A stretch of 45,459 bases of DNA from Flavobacteriales bacterium (GTDB taxonomy: Bacteria; Bacteroidota; Bacteroidia; Flavobacteriales_D; CAJJDF01), in the NCBI GenBank assembly GCA_023255335.1, contig JALRIS010000156.1, positions 1 to 45,459 of the forward strand, given 5' to 3'. Within the stretch, counting starts at the first letter, position 1. Every line of letters starts with the position of its first letter. Of this stretch, positions 38,099 through 45,459 are shown piece by piece. The position numbers and the translations under genes are program-made. The notes beneath the pieces are model-generated. The model saw only the letters and a program-made list of their open reading frames with translations, ran no database searches and was not told the DNA's origin.

Positions 38099-38369
38099 CG
38101 TTAGTGGGGTAAAAAGCTGAGCATTGCTCAGGGTTCTCTCTAGTCCTTGGTGGGAAAAACTTGATAATAGCTCAAAAGATTCTCGGAAAACCTTAGAAAA
38201 TTCTAGATTTTTTTGGTTCGTTTTTTTATCAATGAAAAAAATGAACAGTTTGCAAACAAATGGATAATTGTATTCGCTTGAAGATTTCCTTTCCTGTTGA
38301 ACGACAGGCAGGTTCAAGGTAAAGGCAATAGTTTGAAAAAATAAAAAAAGGCTGTCGTCCTTAGGCTTA

Positions 38370-38804
38370 CTACTTGACCCCAGTACTTCCAAAACCACCT
38401 TCTCCCCTATTTGTTTCTGATAATTTGGTGACTAAGTTCCACTCGGCTTGGTCGTATTTGGCAATTACCAATTGGGCAATTCGCTCGCCATTTTCTACCA
38501 CAAAATCTTCGTTGCTTATATTAATCAAAATCACGCCAATATCTCCGCGGTAATCGGCATCAATGGTGCCTGGAGCGTTCAATACGGTGATTCCTTTTTT
38601 GTAGGCTAATCCACTTCTGGGACGCACTTGCGCCTCGTATCCATCGGGCAAAGCTATGTGCAATCCGGTGGGAATCAATCTTCTTTCTAGCGGTTTTAGG
38701 GTGATAGACTCTTCCAAGTTTGCTCTCAAATCCAATCCTGCTGATTGGGGAGTTGCGTATTGCGGCAATTCGTGCTGCGAATTATTGATGATTTCTATTT
38801 TCAT
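38370..38804 (-). CDS. dut: dUTP diphosphatase
   Basis: Five dUTPase motifs: [45 protein letters not shown]. Confidence 0.95.
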   Translation of the reverse strand: MKIEIINNSQHELPQYATPQSAGLDLRANLEESITLKPLERRLIPTGLHIALPDGYEAQVRPRSGLAYKKGITVLNAPGTIDADYRGDIGVILINISNEDFVVENGERIAQLVIAKYDQAEWNLVTKLSETNRGEGGFGSTGVK

Positions 38805-39011
38805 TGCTTTTTCTTCTTGTTACAAATTTGATTGTTTTATCCACAAACTCAAAACGAAAAGACACAAATCTGTTTTGTTTAACAAAAAACAATAATTATA
38901 AAACAAAAAATTATGTCCCTACTAAAGAAAATGATTACCTTTATTTCAAGAAAAAAAAATTGAAAGAATTCATTGTGATTGAAATACTCAACTGTGAAAT
39001 ATTCTTCGTAA

Positions 39012-39036
39012 GATCCTGAATCAAGTTCAGGATGAC
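39012..39036 (-). repeat. REP-like palindromic element, copy E (GATCCTGAATCAAGTTCAGGATGAC)
   Basis: Perfect 8-bp stem ATCCTGAA/TTCAGGAT. The terminal GGATGAC contains the first in-frame ATG (39032) of the crtZ ORF. Confidence 0.75.
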
Positions 39037-39037
39037 A

Positions 39038-39517
39038 ATGAAAAAATATACGCTAATAATGGGATTATTAATAGTTTTTGCCACTTTCTGGTTCATGGAA
39101 TTCATGGCTTGGTTTACTCACAAATATGTGATGCACGGGTTTTTGTGGAATTTACACCTTGACCATCACGTGCCAAACAAAAACAGTTTTTTTGAAAAAA
39201 ATGACGCGTTTTTCTTGATTTATGCCATCCCCTCATGGTTGTGCATTATGCTCGGGTCCATGTTTGGGTATTGGAATGTGATGTACGTAGGTTTTGGGAT
39301 TTTAACTTACGGAATTGCTTATTTCTTGGTGCACGAGGTGTTTATTCACCAAAGATTAAAATGGTTTAGAAATAGCGAAAATGTGTATTTGAGAGCGATA
39401 AGAAGAGCGCACAAAATACACCACAAACACACAGGAAAAGAAGATGGTGAGTGTTTTGGCATGCTCATCGTTCCTTGGAAATACCTGAATCAAGAACTCA
39501 AAAAAGCTCGGGCTTAA
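39038..39517 (+). CDS. crtZ: beta-carotene 3-hydroxylase (fatty acid hydroxylase superfamily)
   Basis: FMEFMAWFTHKYVMHGFLWNLHLDHH, HEVFIHQR and AHKIHHKH histidine boxes. ATG 39038 (MKKYT) is preferred because ATG 39032 lies inside the repeat consensus. Either start is possible. Confidence 0.85.
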   Translation: MKKYTLIMGLLIVFATFWFMEFMAWFTHKYVMHGFLWNLHLDHHVPNKNSFFEKNDAFFLIYAIPSWLCIMLGSMFGYWNVMYVGFGILTYGIAYFLVHEVFIHQRLKWFRNSENVYLRAIRRAHKIHHKHTGKEDGECFGMLIVPWKYLNQELKKARA

Positions 39518-39530
39518 TTCCTCCATACGT

Positions 39531-40991
39531 ATGAAAAAAGCGGTAGTTGCAGGGTCTGGAATTGCGGGATTGGCTTCTGCCATTCGGTTGCGAAACAAAG
39601 GGTATTCGGTTCTGGTTTTGGAAAAAAATGCATACCCTGGAGGAAAACTGACTCAACTGAGCGGAAATGGCTATCGTTTTGATGCGGGTCCTTCGCTTTT
39701 TACAATGCCCAATTTGGTGACCGAACTTTTTGAAATTTCTGGAAAAAACCCCAAAGATTATTTCGATTACGACCAGCTCGATGTATTGTGCAATTATTTT
39801 TATGAAGACGGCACACGCATTTCTGCTTACAAAGAAATAGATCGTTTTGCGGAAGAAATAGATCGAAATACGAAAGATTCTGCCGAAAAAGTAAAAAAAC
39901 ACCTCAACAAGAGTAAATTTATTTACAGAGCCACCGAAGAACAATTTCTCAATCGTTCGCTCCATAAAGTACGTTCGTTTTTGTCCTTTTCTACTGTAGT
40001 GTCGATTCTCAAGCTTCCTTTTTTGAACATATTTAGGACCATGAATCAGGTGAACGAAAAAATGTTTGCCGATTCTAAAACTATTCGACTTTTTAATAGA
40101 TACGCAACTTACAACGGTTCTAACCCATACAAAGCGCCAGGAATTCTGAACATCATTCCTCACCTAGAATTTGGATTAGGAGCTTATTTGCCCAAAAACG
40201 GAATGCACCAAATCACCAATAGCCTAGTACAATTGGCCACGGATATTGGTGTAGAATTTCGGTTTGATGAGGAAGTAATTTCGATAGAAACAGAAGGAAA
40301 CAAAGCCAAAAGCGTACGCACAAAAGCGGGGAATTACGAAGGCGATATTGTGGTGTGCAATGCCGACATTCACACCGTGTACGAAAAATTGATTCCCTCA
40401 GCCAAGAAACTTGCCCAAGTGGACAAGCAAGAACGATCGAGCTCTGCATTGATTTTATATTGGGGAATTGGCAAAGAGTTTCCAGAATTGGACGTGCACA
40501 ACATTCTATTTACCGAAGATTACAAAACAGAATTTGACCATCTTTTTGAGTCCAAAACAATCACCCAAGACCCGACTATCTACATCAATATTACCAGTAA
40601 AAAGCTGAAAGAAGATGCTCCCGAGGGAAAAGAAAACTGGTTTGTGATGATAAATGTGCCCTCGGTGTATGGTCAAGACTGGGACACAATGATTGCGGAG
40701 GCTCGTAAACATATCTTGTCCAAACTATCCCGAAATTTAGGCACAGACATAGAACCGCTCATCGAGTTTGAGGAGCAGTTGACTCCCCAGCTAATTCAGG
40801 ACAAAACCAATTCGTACAAAGGTTCGCTTTACGGAACATCGAGCAACAATCGATTTGCGGCATTTTTCCGTCACAAAAACTTCTCGTCTGAATTCAAAAA
40901 CTTGTATTTCTGTGGTGGAAGTGTGCATCCTGGTGGAGGAATTCCGCTGGCGCTATCGTCTGCCAAAATAATTGATAAACTTATAAAATGA
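39531..40991 (+). CDS. phytoene desaturase family FAD-dependent carotenoid desaturase (context suggests CrtD-like 3,4-desaturase rather than CrtI)
   Basis: Rossmann motif VVAGSGIAGLASAIRL...VLEKNAYPGGK and C-terminal YFCGGSVHPGGGIPLA. The subfamily cannot be fixed without phylogeny. Confidence 0.8.
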   Translation: MKKAVVAGSGIAGLASAIRLRNKGYSVLVLEKNAYPGGKLTQLSGNGYRFDAGPSLFTMPNLVTELFEISGKNPKDYFDYDQLDVLCNYFYEDGTRISAYKEIDRFAEEIDRNTKDSAEKVKKHLNKSKFIYRATEEQFLNRSLHKVRSFLSFSTVVSILKLPFLNIFRTMNQVNEKMFADSKTIRLFNRYATYNGSNPYKAPGILNIIPHLEFGLGAYLPKNGMHQITNSLVQLATDIGVEFRFDEEVISIETEGNKAKSVRTKAGNYEGDIVVCNADIHTVYEKLIPSAKKLAQVDKQERSSSALILYWGIGKEFPELDVHNILFTEDYKTEFDHLFESKTITQDPTIYINITSKKLKEDAPEGKENWFVMINVPSVYGQDWDTMIAEARKHILSKLSRNLGTDIEPLIEFEEQLTPQLIQDKTNSYKGSLYGTSSNNRFAAFFRHKNFSSEFKNLYFCGGSVHPGGGIPLALSSAKIIDKLIK

Positions 40992-41638
40992 TCAAACAAC
41001 TATCTGATGAAAATCGCTGGATTGGGCTTTTGGCCATTGTGTACACAGTGGGTCTGGTAGGGATAAGCCTTCCTAGTTTGAGGCCTCTTTTTTTGCCGCT
41101 CACTCCGCTTAATTTGCTCCTTACTTTGGTGGTGTTTTACAAGGTAAACAAAGATTTTAGCGGTTCTTTTTTGATACTGTCGTTGCTGGTATTTCTGATC
41201 GGGTTTTCGGTAGAAGCGTTGGGAGTTGCTACTGGGATCTTGTTTGGCAGCTATGCCTATGGAATTCCTTTTGGTTTCAAGCTATTTGATACTCCCGTGA
41301 TGATTGGAGTCAACTGGTTGTTTTTGGCGCTTTCGAGTTACGGAATTGTACAATATTTCACCAAAAACAGATTATTGCTTGTATTGGTTCCCCCTTTTCT
41401 GATGGTTGGGCTCGATCTTTTGGTGGAGCCAGTCGCCATGAAACTAGAATTCTGGGGATGGGAAAATGACGTGATTCCCCTTCAGAATTACGTGATGTGG
41501 TTTGTGACTAGCCTAGTTATTCATGGCATTATCGGATACTTTTCGCCTCGTATTCATGCCAAGATTAGTTTCGCTATTTTTGGAATTCAAGTCATCTTTT
41601 TTGCCTTGCTAAACCTCATTTTATCATGGAATTTTTAG
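40988..41638 (+). CDS. cruF: carotenoid biosynthesis membrane protein (DUF422 / CruF-like carotenoid 1',2'-hydratase)
   Basis: 216-aa polytopic membrane protein with GILFGSYAYG...FDTPVMIGVNW...LLVEPVA pattern. ATGA overlap with the desaturase gene. Confidence 0.6.
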   Translation: MIKQLSDENRWIGLLAIVYTVGLVGISLPSLRPLFLPLTPLNLLLTLVVFYKVNKDFSGSFLILSLLVFLIGFSVEALGVATGILFGSYAYGIPFGFKLFDTPVMIGVNWLFLALSSYGIVQYFTKNRLLLVLVPPFLMVGLDLLVEPVAMKLEFWGWENDVIPLQNYVMWFVTSLVIHGIIGYFSPRIHAKISFAIFGIQVIFFALLNLILSWNF

Positions 41639-42327
41639 AAACAAAACACCTCTATTTTTATGTGCTAATTTTTGCGCTTTCGTATCCGCTGGCTCAGAGT
41701 TTTGAGCACCGGATTACCTATTACCGAAAGTGGAAAAAGCTATTCGCAGGCATTGCCGCCATGATGGTTGTATTTATTCCTTGGGATATTTGGTTTACAG
41801 ATTATGGCGTGTGGTGGTTCAATCACGACTACACTTCGGGGTTGCGTATTTTTCTGCTTCCTATCGAAGAATGGTTGTTTTTTATCCTCATTCCTTTTGC
41901 TTGTTTTTTTATTTACGAAGTGCTTAATTACTTTGTAAAAAAAGATGTGTTGCGCCAGTTTGCCCGCCCATTTCTTACGGTGCTATCTCTTTCACTCCTA
42001 GTGGCATCCGTTATTTTTGTCGACAAACTCTATCCTTTTGTTACCTTTTTGGCAACAGGTATTTTGGGGCTTGTCACGGTTTATTTCAATCCCAAATGGT
42101 TGGGGAGGTTTTTGCTGATGTATTTTGTGAGTTTGATTCCGTTTTTGTTGGTCAATGGCATTCTTACTGGCTCTCTCATACAATCACCGGTGGTCAATTA
42201 CAATCCCGATGAAATTATCGGGTTCAGAATTATCACCATTCCATTTGAGGACAGTATTTACAACCTCATGATGCTCCTGATGGTGATGTGGGTGTACAAA
42301 GGATTTGAGACTGAATCGAATACCTAA
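41626..42327 (+). CDS. lycopene cyclase domain protein (fused CrtYc-CrtYd type)
   Basis: Two internal halves, each with the PxE(E/D) motif (LPIEEWLFF and IPFEDSIYN). 233 aa, polytopic. 13-nt overlap with the preceding gene. Confidence 0.8.
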   Translation: MEFLETKHLYFYVLIFALSYPLAQSFEHRITYYRKWKKLFAGIAAMMVVFIPWDIWFTDYGVWWFNHDYTSGLRIFLLPIEEWLFFILIPFACFFIYEVLNYFVKKDVLRQFARPFLTVLSLSLLVASVIFVDKLYPFVTFLATGILGLVTVYFNPKWLGRFLLMYFVSLIPFLLVNGILTGSLIQSPVVNYNPDEIIGFRIITIPFEDSIYNLMMLLMVMWVYKGFETESNT

Positions 42328-43823
42328 GGCTTTTTCAGCATTTGTTTTAAGTTCATTCCCTCTAGGTTATAAATAAACCACAAGTAAAAAGCAAAAAGCA
42401 CTGAATTAAATCCTAAGATTAATAAAATAGAATCAGGGAATATCCATTTGAAAAAGGCGCTCACAAAATACAAAACCACCGCAAACAACAAAAAAAAACT
42501 TGCTTTCTTAATGTTGTAAGGAATAGGATAATGTTTTTGTCCCAAAAGATAAGAAGTAATCATCATGCCGCCATACACCGCAAAAGTGGTCCAGGCAGAT
42601 GCCACATAACCGAGCAATGGGATAAATAGTAAATTAAGAATGATGGTAAGCACCGCTCCTCCCATGGCAATGTATGCGCCAAATTTGGTCTGGCCCGAAA
42701 GCTTATACCAAATAGATTGGTTGTAATAAATTCCCAGAAAAATATTGGCCACCAAAAGAATAGGCACCACGTTCAGTCCTTCCCAGTATTCTTTTTTGGG
42801 CAGTAACCACTTGAATACCTCAAGGTACATCAAGATAAACAAGAACATAATGGAGACTGCCAGCACAAAATAATTCATGACGGTGCGATAGGTTTGATTG
42901 GCGTTGGCTTCTTTGGCTCGGGCAAAGAAAAATGGCTCTGCTGCGTATCTGAACGCCTGGATAAACAACGAAATAAGAATAGACAATTTGTACACCCCGG
43001 AGTAAATTCCTACCTGTTGTTTGGCCACTTCTACTCCATCTACAGGTTCTATAACTCGTCTGAGCAAGATACGATCGAAGGTTTCGTTGATAATTCCCGC
43101 AAAACTTCCAAGCATCAGTGGCAGCGAATATATTAGCATATTGGCGAGCAACTTTCGGTTGATGTGCCAAGATACTTTGATAAACTCGGGATACAAAAGC
43201 ACCAATTTTACGCAAGTAGCTATAAGGTTGGAAATAAAAATATAGCCAATTCCTATGGCTGGATCGTAGATTAGCTCTACTAGTGCTGTACGGTTGCCGT
43301 GGTCGAAACTAGTCTTGGCAAAAGCAATAAACAAGAGATTAAAAAAGATGTTGGTCCCGATATTTATCAAGTTAATTTGCGCAAATTTTTTGGCTCTGCT
43401 TTCGTTTCGCAGTTTGGCCATGGGAATTGTGGCAAACGCATCTAACCCCAGAATGAGGGCCAGGTAAATGATAAAATCTGGACGGGAGGCGTAGCCAATA
43501 AGGTCGGCAATGGACTGGGTAAACAAAAACCCAATCAAGATAAACAATCCGCTGGATACCGCAATAAATGTGAGCGCAGTGCTATACACGCTCGATTGGT
43601 TTTCTTCGGTTTTGGAAAATCTAAAAAAAGCTGTTTCCATACCAAAACCGAGTAACACCATAAAGAACGCCACATTGGCATACAACTCGGATACTTCCCC
43701 GTATTGAGCCGTGCTAAAACTGGTAACATAGAGAGGAGTGAGCAAAAAATTGAGGATACGAGCAAACATACTACTTACTCCGTAAATAGCGGTTTGCCCT
43801 GCTAATTTTTTGATTACACTCAA
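42324..43823 (-). CDS. MOP-superfamily polysaccharide/oligosaccharide flippase (Wzx/MurJ-like)
   Basis: 499 aa with about 14 hydrophobic helices. N-terminal KKLAGQTAIYGVSSMFARILNFLLTPLY pattern is typical of polysaccharide biosynthesis proteins. Confidence 0.75.
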   Translation of the reverse strand: MSVIKKLAGQTAIYGVSSMFARILNFLLTPLYVTSFSTAQYGEVSELYANVAFFMVLLGFGMETAFFRFSKTEENQSSVYSTALTFIAVSSGLFILIGFLFTQSIADLIGYASRPDFIIYLALILGLDAFATIPMAKLRNESRAKKFAQINLINIGTNIFFNLLFIAFAKTSFDHGNRTALVELIYDPAIGIGYIFISNLIATCVKLVLLYPEFIKVSWHINRKLLANMLIYSLPLMLGSFAGIINETFDRILLRRVIEPVDGVEVAKQQVGIYSGVYKLSILISLFIQAFRYAAEPFFFARAKEANANQTYRTVMNYFVLAVSIMFLFILMYLEVFKWLLPKKEYWEGLNVVPILLVANIFLGIYYNQSIWYKLSGQTKFGAYIAMGGAVLTIILNLLFIPLLGYVASAWTTFAVYGGMMITSYLLGQKHYPIPYNIKKASFFLLFAVVLYFVSAFFKWIFPDSILLILGFNSVLFAFYLWFIYNLEGMNLKQMLKKP

Positions 43824-43838
43824 GTTGAGATTGTTTTG

Positions 43839-44615
43839 TTACTTAAAATTTGGCTTTCTTCTCTCGATAAAAGCCGATGTTCCTTCTTTGAAATCGTCTG
43901 TTCCAAAACAGTTTCCAAACTCTTCTATTTCGGTAGCAAATCCATCTACACCATCTACATAATTGGCGTTTACGGCTTTGATAGCAAGCGATATTGCCGA
44001 GGAAGAATTCTTGACTATTTTACTAGCCAATTCGTGGCACTTTTCCATCAATCCATCTGGAGATGTTACGTGATTTACCAGTCCCCATTGTTGGGCATCT
44101 TCTGCCGATATCATTCCTGCTGTAGCAATCATTTCTAGGGCTTTTCCTCTACCTACCAATTGCGCCAATCTCTGCGTTCCTCCGTATCCCGGAATTACTC
44201 CCAACGATACTTCTGGCAATCCCATTTTGGCATTCTCCGAAGCTACTCTAAGGTGAGCAGACATAGCCAATTCTAGTCCTCCACCTAGCGCAAAACCATT
44301 GATTGCTGCAATAATTGGAGTCGATAAATTTTGTGCCAAATCAAATAGTTTGTCGTGTCCTTCTTTGCTCAATTTTTTTCCTTCTTCTACCGAAAAAGAG
44401 GCAAATTCCTTGATGTCTGCTCCAGCCACAAAAGCCTTTTCCCCTGATCCTGTTAGGATAATTACTTTTACCGCAGTGTCTTTTTCCGCCTCTTTCAGTG
44501 CTTCGGACAGTTCGCTAATTGTCTGCGAATTCAGCGCGTTTAATTGTTTAGGTCTGTTTATCGTAATGGTTCTTACCGAATCGGTGTTTTCGATGATAAT
44601 ATTGCTTTCTGACAT
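43839..44615 (-). CDS. enoyl-CoA hydratase/isomerase (crotonase) family protein
   Basis: ITINRPKQLNAL, FVAGADIKEF and GFALGGGLELAM oxyanion-hole motifs. 258 aa. Confidence 0.9.
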   Translation of the reverse strand: MSESNIIIENTDSVRTITINRPKQLNALNSQTISELSEALKEAEKDTAVKVIILTGSGEKAFVAGADIKEFASFSVEEGKKLSKEGHDKLFDLAQNLSTPIIAAINGFALGGGLELAMSAHLRVASENAKMGLPEVSLGVIPGYGGTQRLAQLVGRGKALEMIATAGMISAEDAQQWGLVNHVTSPDGLMEKCHELASKIVKNSSSAISLAIKAVNANYVDGVDGFATEIEEFGNCFGTDDFKEGTSAFIERRKPNFK

Positions 44616-44767
44616 GTAATTTAGGCTTTTTTAACTATTATCCAAAGTTAATAGTTTCTCCTCTACAGAATGAAGGAATCCATATTATTATTCCCTAATA
44701 GGTGTTGATAAGTGAAGTTAATCTTAACTTAATATTTCGTTCTTCAAAAAATCTATATCTTTAATTC

Positions 44768-45459
44768 ATGAAATTTTCCTCTGGCATCTTCTTTTCGTTT
44801 GTTCTCGGGTTTCTTGCCTTTATTATTTCCTCCTTGGGAATTTATTTGGTGATAAATGACCCCGAAAACGAACTTGTCGTGGTAGGTATTTCGGCAATCA
44901 TTGGCGCATTGGTGTTTGGTGTTTCCTATTTTGCTTTACAGATTTATACCAAAAAAAAATTCAAAAATATTTATCGTTCTATTGGCATCGTGTACGAAAA
45001 AAACGGAGACATTTTTGGAAAAGACGCACAGCTAGAAATTGAAAAATGGCTGAACAAAAAATCTTCTGAGATTCGGGAACTAAAATCGACTGAGGCGTAT
45101 CGCAGGGAGTTTTTTGGAAACCTAGCACACGAACTCAAGACTCCTGTTTTTAGTGTAGAGGGTTATATTCTGACCTTGCTAGAAGGAGGGTTGGAAGACG
45201 AAAATATCAATCGTAAATTTCTTCACAAAGCTGCCAAAGGAATCGATCGCATTACCAAAGTAATTGCTGACATGGACACGATTACCAAGATAGAATCGGG
45301 AAATCTGAAATTGAATCTGAAGAGAATTTCTTTGTTCGAATTGATTAAGAATATCATTTCGGAACTAGAAGACTTGGCCGAGAGTCAGGAAATAAAGCTT
45401 GTGTTGGAAAAATCTGCTGTGGCAGAAATATTTGTAATTGCAGACAAAATTAAGCTAGA
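44768..45459 (+). CDS. sensor histidine kinase, PhoR-like (3' end lies outside the window)
   Basis: Two N-terminal TM helices, then H box FFGNLAHELKTPVFSVEGY. The ORF runs off the window end. Confidence 0.8.
   Translation, partial: MKFSSGIFFSFVLGFLAFIISSLGIYLVINDPENELVVVGISAIIGALVFGVSYFALQIYTKKKFKNIYRSIGIVYEKNGDIFGKDAQLEIEKWLNKKSSEIRELKSTEAYRREFFGNLAHELKTPVFSVEGYILTLLEGGLEDENINRKFLHKAAKGIDRITKVIADMDTITKIESGNLKLNLKRISLFELIKNIISELEDLAESQEIKLVLEKSAVAEIFVIADKIKL

Noticed and set aside
37860-38235. Apparent inverted pair of a degenerate ~150-nt repeat (AAAGAACCAAAAG...CTCAAACAGAT on +, AAACGAACCAAAAAAA...TTTAAACAGAT on -), suggestive of a MITE
   Set aside because: The exact matches are only 8-9 nt (GAACCAAAA, AAACAGAT), which is within chance for an AT-rich 700-bp region. 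The idea rests on an unverifiable recollection of similar repeats elsewhere.
38075-38398. 107-aa ORF on the minus strand in the non-coding gap
   Set aside because: It overlaps the 3' end of dut by 29 nt in another frame and has a low-complexity sequence with no homology signal I recognise. It sits in a region full of stops in the other frames. I treat it as non-coding.
39498-40163. 221-aa ORF on the minus strand
   Set aside because: It is entirely antisense to the well-supported FAD-dependent carotenoid desaturase gene. The product is low-complexity and Phe/Ile/Arg-rich with no motif. This is a typical shadow ORF in AT-rich DNA.
1-45459. Search for CRISPR arrays, tRNA/rRNA/tmRNA/RNase P genes, IS elements, integrases, toxin-antitoxin or defence operons
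   Set aside because: I saw no spaced direct-repeat array, no cloverleaf-like or conserved structural RNA signatures, and no transposase, integrase or nuclease-helicase defence-type ORFs in any frame. Absence is judged by eye only.

Overview
AT-rich, densely coding chromosomal segment that looks like Bacteroidota, probably Flavobacteriia-like. Evidence: two proteins with T9SS C-terminal sorting domains, an IPExxxVDY-family protein, DUF1573 proteins, an insert-containing long-form IspG, a TAnnTTTG-type promoter box and a GTCAyyCTGAAC-type intergenic palindrome family. About 45 genes, mostly housekeeping or envelope functions. In order: acs 3' end, msrA, a MarR-MFP-RND-TolC efflux operon and a T9SS cargo protein. 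Then crcB-mpl-M28 peptidase, an NtrY-like histidine kinase, an acyl-CoA carboxyltransferase, comM, a secreted endonuclease I, pyk and typA. Then ispG preceded by a sigma-54 activator that lacks a DNA-binding domain, a double-FGE-domain protein, and an ECF sigma/anti-sigma/Spy-like module. Then two tandem DUF1573 genes, an S41 protease, a MORN-repeat protein, NIF3, a Zn peptidase and dut. Then a four-gene carotenoid block (crtZ, crtI/crtD-family desaturase, cruF-like, fused lycopene cyclase), a MOP flippase, an enoyl-CoA hydratase and a partial PhoR-like kinase. I found no tRNA, rRNA, CRISPR array, transposase, integrase or recognisable defence genes, and I cannot honestly point to a convincing novel multi-gene system. 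The noteworthy signals are smaller. (1) A family of ~25-nt REP-like palindromes, six copies, two of them inverted pairs. (2) Several gene lesions: an adenylating-enzyme 3' remnant, an in-frame TAA in a lipoprotein gene, an A7-tract frameshift in nif3 and a shortened SRPBCC gene. (3) A 744-bp non-coding gap next to dut that carries a 30-nt ghost copy of the dut 3' end in direct orientation. (4) ispG immediately abutting the sigma-54 activator gene. (5) Carotenoid gene content that predicts a monocyclic hydroxylated carotenoid.
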